Shown in pieces: positions 24,787 through 38,100 of a stretch of DNA of 64,000 nt; within the stretch, counting starts at the first letter, position 1; each line of letters opens with the position of its first letter. Location of the stretch: the NCBI GenBank assembly GCA_030248215.1, contig JASANG010002859.1:62001-126000 (forward strand), given 5' to 3'. The notes beneath the pieces were generated by a model, which saw only the letters and a program-made list of their open reading frames with translations, ran no database searches and was not told where the DNA came from. The DNA comes from Enoplolaimus lenunculus. Taxonomy: Eukaryota. The position numbers and the translations under genes are program-made.

Positions 24787-25403
24787 GTGTCATGACCCAT
24801 ACAGGTATTTGCCAGCTGGCAAATGGGACGTCACAGATGACCATTGCAGTTCGGGGCAGCCCAAACAACTGGAAAATGAGACGTCCTAAGCGACAATTGC
24901 TGTTCGGGGCAGCCCAAACAACTACTGGAATACATACTACTTTTGATTGGATTATTGCGCAGACCAAACAGCTCCTGTAATGCAAACTTGCTTTGTTCAG
25001 GCTTGACTGTTCGAGTAAAATCACTTGCGCAACAATTATTTTCCTTCACCGCATTTGCAAACTATAAATTAAACAGCGTTTATGCAGCATACGAATGAAC
25101 TGTGTGAGCGTGTATCGTCATGTTTAATCGAATACTATGGTAGTACCGTATGTAGGAAATGCTATTTTCATTTCTGTTGTGATTAACCAATCAAATTGCG
25201 TCTCTGTAATTCTTCACCTTACCTTAGTTATAGTTTGCAAATATGGTGAAGTCAAATAATTACTGTGCAAGTCAGTTTTCTCGAATATAGCCAAACTTGA
25301 GCAACCAATCTAGTCTGCAAGTTTTTTTGTGTGGCTTCGAGGTGCATTGTCGTTTAGGGCATCCCAGATGCCTACTTGGCAAATAGCTGTTTGGGACACG
25401 ACG
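24787..25403. mobile_element. Degenerate TIR element (~60-bp imperfect TIRs), abutting a second TIR element at ~25404-25716
   Basis: catgacccatacaggtatttgccagctggcaaatgggacg is approximately the reverse complement of 25360-25402. Confidence 0.5.
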
Positions 25404-27176
25404 TATATGTTGTAGGTCAATCTGCTATTCACGCCAATTGCTAATTGACCTAGGCCAATTGACCTAGGCCAATCTGCAATCTTATGTAACATCAGTTTGG
25501 CCTGGGCTTGGTATTGAACTTATAGGCCGATCAGATTCGATTAATTGGATAGACAATACCGTTAACCAATCAGTGTTGGTCTTGCATCACTGTTTTTTGC
25601 GACATCTCACAATCGCTATTTGGCCTGGGTCAAACCGCTATTTGCTTCAAATAGCAGATTGACCGAGATCAATTAGTAATTGGCCTGAACAACAGATTGG
25701 CTTACGAAACATATATGTCAAGATTTTGGCCTGATTATATAGAAAACAATAAATATTAAACGTAACATTTGGTTGTATGTGTAGTCAGTAGCATGTACTC
25801 CGAAAAATTTGCAACAGGAGGCAGAATTGGAAAATCATAAACAAAGTACATTTCAGCGCATGGCTCTGCATAATCGGCTCAGAACTGTAACTCATGTGTT
25901 TTAATTTAAACCCCGAATTTATACGCTCGAATATTAAATATTTAAAGGTGAAATGTTTGTTTTTAACCAAGGCACTGCTGTTCTACACTTTGCTTCACAA
26001 ATTTCAAATTTTCCTGAGCTGGCATAACCTTAGGCTTAGGCAAGCATAAGCAATTTTTGCAATTTGTATACTCTATGTTTTTCATTACTTTAATCGCATT
26101 TTTGATCTAATAAACTTTTCGTATAAGGCTAAAAGCATGCAATGTGACGTCATTTGTTGTCATAGCTATAGAAATTGTAGCCAATGTTACTTTTAGGGCC
26201 GTAACAGTAGATTAAGCGTATTCCTAAGCCTAAGCTTACGCGTTGCAAAACCATATTCCTAAGCCTAAACCTAAGCCTAAGCCTTAGCACAAAATGTAGT
26301 CTAGAATGTAAGCCTACTATTTTTACAGACCCACCACAAACCGGGACGGCCCTAAAAGTTACATGAGCCGAAATTGAACACCTCCTACCCTCGTCACCAA
26401 CTGGAACAGTGGCTTGCTTTCAACAGCAACCGACCTCGATCGGCTAAAGCTTAAAAATGACTAACTGTATGCCGGCGGTGTAACGCAAAAAAATTTCTAA
26501 GTGGAGGAAAGTCATTCCTTGTTATAGGGAAAGTAAAACAATGCAAAAAACACTAAGACTCTAGGGTTATGGTTTAGCTAGAAAACTCAGGGGCAAAACC
26601 TTTAGGATTGAGATTAGGCAAGCGACCCGCTGACCGTAAGCTTAAGTCAACACCTGTATTAGCATGTGTATTAAACGTTAAAATATGTACAAACCCCTGT
26701 TCCGATGCAGGGGCGAAACACAATTGATAAATATCGGCACTAATTGAGTCGCTAAAGGTTTTGAAATGCATTCCTGCTATTGAAAAACAGGTTTGCATAA
26801 CCTTTGGAAATCGCATCAAAATAAGTTAAGGTTATTTCCCGGCTGGACGGATCCATGATGTCTCTGCGTGAGGACCTGATGTTCCAACGCATGGATACCA
26901 ATTGAAAGCTTGTAACAAATCACGCAAACAAAAACAAGGCAAACAATGAAGTTGTCGAAGTTGATTTGGATAAGGAGATTCCTGAAGTATTTCAAGACAG
27001 TAAGTATAATCTGTATCTGTAAATAGATGTACTAAAATTTTGTGTAAATTTCGGTGAAAACTCCTGGATTTAGAGGGTGTCCGTTTGGGTTGGTGTGTAC
27101 AAACCAAGCCAGGTATGGTCCCCACAGTACGGGCCTGCAGCCAGAGGGGAACCAGGTGCGGGTTCACGTTATAACA

Positions 27177-28464
27177 GGGGCAGTCGGGTCACGTTTTGTA
27201 ACATGTTGATTCGACATCAACGGAAATTTTTGTTATCGTCACATGATACGGACCGACAAAAGTCGAATATCATGTGATATTGCGTATACAAAGGACGAGT
27301 ACACAGGTGATCTCGACATGCAAGTGTTCGAATGTCACGTGACACTATAAGACATATTGGTGAATGTTATATGATATTCCAAATTAACTACATATATAGG
27401 ATATTCTGCAAGACGGATTTAGAGTATCGTATGATGTTGTACTACACAGTAAGTATATTATATGATATTCCCTTATGTAGTTTATGACGTATCATAAGGC
27501 AATCCGCCAAATTTTATATATTTCGGCTAAAATTTGAATTTTCCAGCCATAATTAGAATTTTCCCGCCAAATTTAGCATTTTCCGGCCATAATTTAAATT
27601 TCCTGCCAAAACTTGAATTTCACGTAAAATTTTAATTTCCCCCAAAATTTGAATTTTCCCGTCAAATATGTTATTTTTCCGCCAATTTTGAATTTTATTG
27701 CCAAAATTATTTCCCGCCATATTAGTATATATGTTATTTACATTGTCTCGCAATATCATATGATACTAACGGCACATGTCTGTTTAGTATCATATGTTAT
27801 TCCGCCATATACGCATACCTATTATTTTGTAACTGACATAGTACACATTTTCAAAATGACCATATGGTATTGACAGACGATATAGGCAGGGTGCAACCGG
27901 AATTATAAAATACCGGAACCGGAACCGGAAAGTTAAAAAAATACCGGAACCGGAAAATAAAAAATATTTCTTACCGAAAAATTCATTTTTAAGCGCTATT
28001 TTATCGCTGTTAATGCTGTAAACACACCATTTATAATGCCAAAATCCTGAAATAAATGCAGTAGGTGGAAACATGATAAATTATGGTGTATGGCACAAAT
28101 TGAAAATTTTGGCAATACACGCTCATACCATTTTACATAAAATAAGTTAGAATAATATGCCAATTTTCCTTGAATTTTCGAATGAGAAAAAATTTTCCAT
28201 ACAGAAAATACCGGAAAATTCCGGTGAAAAAATACCGGATTTGTTACCGGAACCGGACAGTGAATGAATACCGGATTTCTCTACCGAAACCGGAACTCCG
28301 GTTGCACCCTGGATGTAGGGAATATCATGATATAGAAAGACAAAAAGTGAACTATACATGATGTCAACAGACAACCACACTTTTTTGAATATCATATTGG
28401 GTTACATCGCAGACAAAATTTTACCCAATGTATTGAACGTGACAAAACGTGACCCAGCTGCACC
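27177..28464. mobile_element. TIR element containing a degenerate ~21-bp minisatellite (27500-27720) and a nested family F MITE
   Basis: Ends GGGGCAGTCGGGTCACGTTTTGT / ACAAAACGTGACCCAGCTGCACC; internal aaaatttgaattttcccgcc-like repeats. Confidence 0.55.
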
Positions 28465-28566
28465 ATTTATGACGTGAACCTTGCAAAGGGGTCAGCATCC
28501 CCATCTGGAAAAATTTTTGCCTTCTATAAAGTTTTCAAATTGGTTGTAGGTCATCGAAAATCTTCG

Positions 28567-29014
28567 TATTGTATTGACCCAAATAAGAGGGGGGTGACTG
28601 GTATTCATTTGGCCTCTCCAGAGGGTACCCCCCTTGTTATTCGGTTACGGACTGTTATTTATTTTTAACCCACGCTCCGCCGCCCTTCGTTACTGATATG
28701 TATCCGGTACTGCAATTATCCGTTGAATTAAACGTTATTTGTCTTGCGTCAATAGCTTGAGCGATAATTCAAGGATATTATAGGAATGTACTTTCAAAAT
28801 TTAAGTACGCTTTAAAGTTTCGAACTAAAATTATTTGGTCCTGGAGTCATTATGCGCTAGAATTAGGGTTAATTGACATTTATGGACTCTACTTTAGGGT
28901 TTAGGGACTCTATCTGGTTACGGACTCTTATTAGGGATACGGACTCCTACTAATTCGGACCCAAAATGGGGACCCCCTCTCTTATTATCCCCGTCTTATT
29001 CGGGTCAATACAGT
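28567..29014 (-). mobile_element. Family E MITE (TA-flanked, Tc1/mariner-like ends), full-length copy; partial copies at ~3910-4199, 7881-8090, 10700-10870, 48907-49069
   Basis: TIR (TA)CTGTAnTGACCCGAATAAGA; internal sequence is shared among copies. Confidence 0.75.
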
Positions 29015-29817
29015 ATGCCGTTCATGAAAATTTTTTGGCCGCGCCAAGCAAAGGTGAGCTGGTTATGGGCCTGACACAGTAACACATAGTAAGAATAAAT
29101 GGGCATCGGATATCTCGATATGTATTCGAAAAGAAGCGTGTATCCGGATATCCGCCGGCGGGCCTGTAGCCTAGAGAGGGTCATGGTGCTCAGCCCCTAT
29201 GGAAAAATTTTGGCAACCCCTTGAAAATTTTCACCTTTGCCTATAAGTCAACAAAATTTCTTGTATGTTCTCCTGAAAAATTTTCAGCCCACTCTAGCAA
29301 AATGAGCTGGATACGCACCTAAACTTATTCCTAAACCTAAAAGCCTAAGGCTAAGCCTAAGCGTAAAGATGAGTTTATTCCTAAGCCTAAGCTTAAGCCA
29401 AAGCCAAGCAAAAAATTTGTTTAAAGCTTTAAACTTATTCTTTTCCAGTCCCGCAGAAAAAGGTTCCCCCCTGATCTTTGGGCCCGAAATTGTGCAAAAA
29501 ATGTTTAGAGATATTTTGCATTGTTTCATCATTAAAGAAGCTGGAACTGACGAAAACAAATTCTGTGTTCAAACCTGAGTTAAAATATTGAACCACATTC
29601 CTGCATAAAAAATTCATGGTGATTTAAAATGTTGATTTTTTATAACGTGTCAAAATAAAACTTCAGTTTAGCTTGATGTTTATCGGAATAATGACTTCGT
29701 ATTTTTAAATTATCTCAAGATTTGCCCAGTGAAAAATTAGCATCGAATACGCATTGTCAAGCACAAAATTTATTTCGAAGATTTATTTGAAATAGTTACA
29801 CGTGAAGGGGACATTAA

Positions 29818-30085
29818 CCATTTCACACATGAATATTTTCAATTTCATATGTGATGTATTAATTTCAAGGTAAGATTCGATCCCCAGTCTCACGGGTGGG
29901 AGGCGTTTACGATGACCACTGAGCTATAGGAGCTTGACGCTCGTGCCCGAGTAGGCTCTCACGTCTTGTGGACATTTTGCACTGCGCATATATATGTTAT
30001 AAGTGTTAAACTCTATTAACAGTGTGTGTATTGCTCGTACATTATTGTATTTATTTGCTCATAGTATACTCTATGAGTGAAAGGG
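29818..30085 (-). mobile_element. Family P subfamily B MITE
   Basis: TTAA flanks. The minus strand reads TAGCTCAGTGG...CGCCTCCCACCCGTGAGACTGGGGATCGAATC. Confidence 0.8.
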
Positions 30086-30760
30086 TTAAGATTCCGATAA
30101 CTGCACTGTATTTTTGAAATAAGAGTACTCGGAGCCCGTTGTGTTGCCTTATTGCTTGCATACGAGAATTTAATGGCAAGGAGCTCCTAACTTTCATATT
30201 ATATTTACTTAACGTTTATTTGTGTAATTTATCGAGTTGAAAGAGAAATTTTTGGTTCGTATGATGCATATTACAAGTTCTGGGGTATAAAAAATGCTGT
30301 TTTAATGCTTTAAATAGTATAACGAGCATCCACAGTGTGTGCTTCAACAGTGTTTTGCTCTTCATGGTAGCAGTAAATTTTTATGTTCTGTGCATGGTTT
30401 CTGGGTCCTGAAGATAGTTGTTATTTTGTGTTACGCAATCAGAGAAATTTTTGTGGCATTCAAAAATTTAAGCATATGTTTGTACCATGGGGTTTGAGTT
30501 AAACTAAATTTATTTACGATATTTACCGTGCGATTTTTTATTGTGAAGAGTTTGTGCTTGCTTTGGTAGCCACGAACTTTAAGATATTCCTCTACCTGTG
30601 TATTGGCAGCTCGGGTTTAATTATAGGTTTAGTGTTGTAAGCATGTGAGACATGCTTGTCCGTTATGTGCACATGCAATTTAGTGCAGTGCACTGTATGT
30701 ATGCTAGCTGGCAGCATACGGTCGACAAATATAGTCGACCAAAATGGTAGTTGGACAGAC

Positions 30761-30833
30761 GGGCTACGTGGCGCAGTGGTAGAGTGCTCGCTTAAGGATC
30801 CATAGGCTGGAAGTTTGATCCCCGCTCTAGCCC
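30761..30833 (+). pseudogene. tRNA-like element (pseudo-tRNA or SINE head)
   Basis: GGGCTA...TAGCCC acceptor-stem pairing, A box TGGCGCAGTGG and a degenerate B box AGTTTGATCCC; the anticodon stem does not pair. Confidence 0.6.
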
Positions 30834-31058
30834 GCTTTTCCAGCTGCTTGGTAGAAAGGTCTGATGTCCCGGTTCCTGCCGTGACTTGTCAAGTGTCATA
30901 GCTAGCAGATATTAAGTTGTTTAATATTACTTATTACGTTTTTGATAACGTGAAAAGTGTAATGTATTATTGTAAATTTAAATGAAGTGGTATTATGTGA
31001 ACTTTCAATTGTTACGCGTCTAGTTTTCCAGTTAATTAAATTGTTTATAAGAATCGTA

Positions 31059-34000
31059 ATGGATTCTGTCTTAGACGATGACGTAGATTCTAAAATTGCA
31101 ATGTCTGAAGACGCGCGGCAACCGCATTCCAAACGATTCAGAATGGTAAGTTTATTACAAGGTTTCCATCAAGCCATGGTAAAAATAGTAAAAATGTGGC
31201 ATGCAGTTTGATTCCACCCGGAAAGCATTTAAAACTTTTTACTATAAAATTGGTTTGAGTTGTGGGCAACAAAACCAACATTAAGCAGGGATTTTATTAA
31301 GCGAGATAAACTAGCCCACTGCAGCCGGAAATATAGATGTGGATACGTGTGGTCTCATCCCCGGAAACATTTTTGATCACCCCCAGAAATTTAATTTCAT
31401 AGTAATTTTTAGTTCTAAAGCAAACATTTTCGCAAATTTTCCAACGTTAAACAGCTACTTGTTGGTTCTGTTGCCTGTTGCAACCAGCAATTTTTTTAAA
31501 AAATTGCGACTTCCCGCATGGGGAAATTAAATTTTGACACCCTCTCGAAAGTCGTAGGGAGGGTGATAAATAATCTCTTTTATACAACAATTTATTTACA
31601 TTTTTATTGTTCAAAAATGTAAGCCTATGTTGTCGAGTCCGATTCCGAATTTTTGTTGCTACCCTGCTCCTTATAGGAATGAACCGGTCTGTACTTTGTA
31701 AAGTAAAATTTGAAACAGATTACGTAATCGACATTGTTTAAGGCCAACTTCAGGTAGTGGCCACGAGTATTTCGACAACGAGAAATTTTAAAATATATGC
31801 AAGCTTTACAAACAGGATGTAGTCAGCTCAACTTGCTAGCAACGGTTTCGTCAATTTAAATACCAGATTGAAAATTTTCTAGATTTATGGGCCAAAATTT
31901 TTTCATGAGTGGCTGAGCCCCCTGGCTTCTTTCTGGTTACGGACCCGTTTTCAAATTGACATATATATGCGTAAATTGATCGTATAACAACAACAAAATA
32001 ATTGCAGGATGACTCAACGGATCCAATCAATCCAGATGAGTCAAAGGTGGTTCATTTGCGTCAGTTATCTCCAAATACAACTGAAGCTGACATTCTCGAA
32101 GTGATGCAGACATTTGGGCCTGTTGCCTATGTGACAGTTATCAGCGCTCGACGAATGGCGTTGGTCGAGTTTGAGGTAATCTAAATTGATATTTAAATAT
32201 CCGGCGAAAACCTCTTATATGTATCCGGTTCCGGTATGCATTATAAACGTACAGGATGCTGTTTGACAAACCATGTTAGACTGAGAACAATCCAACCGGG
32301 GTTGTGTCGTCCGCTCCGACAGAAAATTATGTTTTTGCTACGACAGAATGTTTCCACGACGTTCTGGCAAATCGGTAGTGCAATTTTTTGTATTTTTGTC
32401 TAAGTTGTTCTGTTCCGTTCAGTGAGTACGATTTGTTTAATTCAGTGAGTATGATTGTAGTTTTAAGGGTCATTTTGAGATTACGATTTAAATTCCGATT
32501 TAAAAGAGTTCCGATTCCTATTCCGGTAGTAAAATCAATCGGAATCGGAATTTTAAATTTTAATTTTAATTCTATTTGTTGTGATATGTTGCATAAGAAT
32601 TCTGTATCATTTATCTATTAAATTGCTTTCGATGAGTTACCTTATCAATAATAGATTGTAGTATACCTTTACAGAACCAAAAATTATCGCCAATTTGTTC
32701 ATGCGACGTTTTTGAAAACGGTTGCCAGCCAACAGACACCCTACATCAATATTATATTTGTTAATGCAAATTATCGGTACAGTCACAAAATTTCTAGTTC
32801 CGATTCCGATTAGAATTCCGGTATAAATTTGCTGTTCCGAAACTACTTTGATGTCTATATGACACGTGTACTATCATCTGTTGCTAGCGGATGCTCCCCG
32901 GGGTGAAATTTTCAAGGGTTCGGGACTTCGTGTTCAACGGGGCGCCCCTGCAACCTTTGACCGGGCATGTGGTTTCCGAGGTCAGCCCCTTTTAAAATGT
33001 CGATACGCTATTTGTTTATCTACATCCGTAGTTGCAATTGCTACTCGAATGAAGAGTGTAAAAGAAAATTTCCATACTTAATTAAAGCTTATCTTTAGGA
33101 TGAAAAAAGTGCAACTTCTTGCGTGCGATATAGTCGTGGAAAAAACACTATAAATCTCGCAGGATCATCCGTACTTGCCAACTATTCAACAAGCAAATCC
33201 ATTCAGCGCGTCGGGTACGCAAGACATGTTTTACAGCACAGAACATATAAGTGTTCTTTAATTTGCTATACTCTTATTAATACAAGAGTTTTGATAATAA
33301 CTTTGTTTCCTAGTTAGTATATATACATATGTACATATTTCGTCATTTCGAACAAGAGCCATTGTTAAATATTTTCGACGATAAATATAAGATAGTCGAT
33401 TTTTTGCCGAAGCCGGATATCGAGTAGTAACCGGTCATCATTTTGTCAATGTTTTTTGGAAAGGGTTTTTTGTTAAATTAACATTAAACAAGTGAAAATT
33501 TTTCTATAAGGTATGTTTCAATCTGTCGAAAGCGTAAAATATCGATTGATAAATGGGTTTTTATGTTTTTGCAGATTTGAATCGGACAAACCGAACAGAG
33601 TGCTTGTTATGCATATTCAGAATTGTGTTTACACCATAACCGTGGTACGTTAGAACATGGAATACGTAGTCTTTTTGGTTGTTTTAATGAATACTAAGTC
33701 CACTTGTATTGGACGTAGATGAATGTTCGCTTAGATTTTCAGTTTCATTGATAAATTTGGGATATAGTAAATTGTTCGTAGTATGAAGCTCGAAACTTGG
33801 ACTGGTCGTGTGAGGGATGACATCCCATTGCTGAAATAGCCTATGCGCGTGGTGCTTATTTTAGCTTAGAGTACAATATTTACAGAAGAGAGTATTTTTG
33901 AACATCGGGTTTCGTAAAGAGCCGTCGTAGCGTAAAATTTGCATGGCTGCGTAGTCAGTGGTTTCGAGCTGTGTAACGGCAATACGTACGTCAGGGTTCG

Positions 34001-35105
34001 TGTCCCACCGCATCATGAGCAAAGTTTCCATACAGGGCTCTATAAATATGGTACTGTTTAACTTATTACAACAGCGTTAAGAATATATTGTTTAGGAAAT
34101 CATTCATTCAATCTGCAAAGATTACGGCCAAGTCGTTCGGATATCGATCATGCGACGCAGTGGCATTTTAGCGCTTGTTGAATTTGATTCTATAGAACAT
34201 GCAAAAGCAGCCAAGCATGCGTTAAACGGTGCCGACATCTATTCTGGGTGTTGCACGTTGAAAATTGAATTCGCGCATGTAAGTTTGAAAACGGCATGCG
34301 GTCCATTAATAAATTTGATAAAATGTTTCTGCAAAATTTAGTTCCTGTTGGAACACTGCCGGCAACTTATAATGGCGAAGCCAGGGCAGAATGTCGATTT
34401 TTTGCAGGAGCCGATATCCGGTCGCGCCCTGTTTAAAACACGTTGCTCAATAACGTATCTATTTTAGTGACAAAATTTCCTGTGTTAGGGTTCTAAGTAC
34501 CAAGCTGTCATTGTAGTTTTTCTATGGTTAATGTCTTTCTTTTGTCAAAATGGGACGGTTATATATCATCTTTAGCTCGAATTAATTAAATGTTAGGTCG
34601 ACCATGTTCGTGTGACTGGCAATGATATGAACCAGTGGGATTTTACAAATGGACAAGGTTAGTTTGTTTTGGTATATATCTGTTGACAGCAACTTTTGTG
34701 TTCTCTTTAGATTCCTTAATCTAATTTATTGCTTCTTATGTGTTTTGTAAACCTTGTTGGTTTTTAAATTAATAAACACTAAACTGAAAACAAGACAAAT
34801 CAATCGAAATTGCAACATTTAAAGATACATACCATGATTCGGGTGAAACCCTAGTCTAAAGGCCCTTGAAGAATTGATTCTATTTTCTTTTGCGTTTTAT
34901 ATTTTGCTGTGCCATGATACAACGTTTTATAACGAAAGGATAAATTATTTTATTTTCTATATACACTCTGCGTATATATATGTGTGTCCATAATCTTCAA
35001 TGATTTATTGCAATATGACAAATACTACGCATGGCGAACAAACTAAGTTTTAAATAAGACGTAATATCGTTATTATGATTATTATTAGTATTAGTATTAT
35101 TATTT

Positions 35106-35155
<50 letters not shown>

Positions 35156-38100
35156 TTTATTATGGCTGTTTCCCACACTTACACTTTTTGATTTTTTATA
35201 TCTCTTGGCCATTAGGGCAAAGTTACCAACACTAATTTGGTAAAAACCAGGGTGCAACCGGATTAATATTGTATGCAAACCGTGACAGTCGCCGGCAATA
35301 AACTATCGAAGGTAGATTTCGCTTCCGTGGCTTATGAAAATTTAAACTATAGCAGTAAAGTGAATACCTATCTCCAGCTAGAGTTATATCATCAATTATA
35401 TTGCAAAACGAAAATTAAAATGAATTTTTCGGTGGCGTGTATATTCATTTTCCAGTTCCGCTTCCGGTAATTTTTTTCAAATTCCGGTTCCGGCAAATTG
35501 TAATTCCGGTCGCACCATGGTAAAAACCTAACACTATGCATTTTACTCAAGGTTTTGGTGTCTTACTACTCGACGTTCACTGTTCGTTCTATATTGCCAC
35601 ATGAATTTCATATGGGCATTTAAGACAGGTTTTTACTTATATTACGTATGGAATGTTAAAATTGTGGTTTCAATCACAACGTAACATTTTATATGCAGTA
35701 TTTTAACGTCATGCCATTATGTGCGGCAAAAAAGCATTACAGATACATTAATCACGGTGTTGCACTCACATCTGATAACAAACGGCATGGAAATCATTGG
35801 AAACACAAAAATATTTATACACTGAGCCCAGCATCAATGTCTCCATGATGGAAAATGCGGGATGTACGCACTTGAGAATATACTGAATGTCAACCTGCAA
35901 AGAAGCATATCACCTTGCAGCAACATTAATATTATCTGCACGGCAATTTACTATACTTATTTACATGATATACTTGATTGAAAATGCAGATATAATGCAC
36001 TTGAAAGCATGCTGAATGTTACCCTGCAAAGAAGTAAGCGTACTAGCATATCATCTTACAGTAACAGCATTTATATGACTGGCACGACTCGCGTCAATTA
36101 TTTTCTATTCGGTACACATTCGTGATTGAAAATGGGGTGTGTCTGCAAGTGAAAACATATTGAATATCAACCTGCAAAGAAGTGTAGCATACCACCTTGC
36201 AACAGTATTATGATTGGCACGAATATTGTTATCCATTAAACACATGATGGATTTTCGCAGTTTATAAACAAAGGAAACAGTGTCATAATTTACATGCCAT
36301 CTTGGGTAGTACGTCATTCTTACAACACCGGCAGTACGCGTTGGAGCACTGTACAAATTGTTCTCTCAGTCACTCATGCATGATGCCGATACAGCACACG
36401 TATGGTTATGGAAACGACAAGATACACAAAAAAGCAGGAAACATTTTTACACTGGAATTCCACAACAAATACTGTAGATTGTGTTGTATTGTTGTGACTT
36501 CAGAAGCGATCGCATTTCTCTGGTAAAACTATGTTCGAGCTCGCACGTCAAACGTGATTTACGGCCCGTGGATGATGAAAGCGAGCCAAACCAAGCTAGC
36601 ATTTGGCCACGATGGAGATACATCTTCGGAATTGGTGTTAGGAGATAACTATTCGTATATTATAAATTACCATCCTCTCCGCTTAATAATGGTATCCGGG
36701 TTTTAAACCGCTGTTCCCAACCTCATGCCATTCAGCGAATGATTCTGAATATATGTTTTGTAAGGTCTATATCCTTGGGTTTTTCAACTGTCAGTATCTA
36801 TAAATCATCGATTCTACATGACTGAAGCAGAAATTTGTGTTGAGATTATTGATAGAGTTGAGAAGATGAAAATGTAAATGAATAATTTAGTATTTTATGG
36901 GTAATCTGCGTTTAACCTTTGATAATTTTCCGTAGGCTATATAGGCTGTATTTGCCTCCGAAATTGTATATGCAGCAAAACACAGACCGATGGTACATTT
37001 TTCAGAAGTTAATTTTGCAGTTCGGGTTGTTTAGTTACTTTTGATGAAAAATTTCATCAGTTAAAGTCCGAGTGTTTTCAAATTGTGCAACTCTGACTCC
37101 ATAGTAAACGGTCGGGATTACAGCCTGTAACTGGTGGACAGTTTCTATGGCTTATGCATTTTCTATTTAAATTTTTTAGTTCACAGTTTCGCAAACGTTT
37201 TTAAACGTTTTTGGATTCCAATCTAACGTATAGAGTATGCACTGCAGTTAATAACAGAGTTCGATGACAGCTTCTGTTAAAATTGATTTAATTTTTGATG
37301 TTTCATTAGCTGTCTACTTGCTTAAAAAGATTTGTTGCTTACATACATATGCGGTTACGTATACATTTGTTAAGAAAAGTATTAATGCATTCGTATCAGC
37401 GAGTTTTGTTTTTGAAAAACCAGGTGGACATGCCTTGTAAAATAAGGGTTTTCTGCAAACGTAATTCATTACTGTTTTTCGCTAAAAGAAAATTAAGTTG
37501 TGACAATTAATGATTTATTAAAACTTTCGGTATCGGTTCTAATCGAACATATTTTTTTTCTTTAGACATCGCTATGATGAACAAGGAAAATCGCCGCTCG
37601 TTGTTGAATCGTCCTAAACAGTCGTTTGGTATGCCGGGTGGTAAGTTGCCAGTTAGGGTATGATGCTATTTTGTGGTTTACCTGCCCACACCACGTTTGC
37701 TTTTGTAAATAGTTGCAACCTTCGTTTTATTACGTAGACGTACTTGATTAAAACTAATTACTTTTATAATTTCTGGCGTGTCCACATAGGTAAATAAAAT
37801 GCTTTGGAAGCTGATAGATTTTAGTACGCGCCAAGCACGTTCGCAGTGATTGGTTTGTTTAAGCCTTCATATTGTATTTATGACTTTCTGTTTATATTCA
37901 AGATTTCGACTCTGGCATGGTAGGTGGTAGCGGTTCGTACGGCCCAATCGGAGGACATATTGGATCTGGAGCAAATCAGCCTGGAGGCGGACCAGTTGGA
38001 TCAGGAATGTTCAAAACAGGTGGCGGGGGGCAAGCGGGTCCGATAGGAGCTCGAAGTTCGTTTTCGAGTCTTGGTGGCGGTAGTTTGTTTGATAATGGAC

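Noticed and set aside
26831..26999. Exon-like segment (VISRLDGSMMSLREDLMFQRMDTN*KLV...EVFQD|gtaagt)
   Set aside because: It has an in-frame TGA, no partner exons and no recognisable homology; there is no evidence for selenocysteine.
34997..35278. Poly-Asn ORF
   Set aside because: It is the antisense reading of a TTA microsatellite in an hnRNP L intron.
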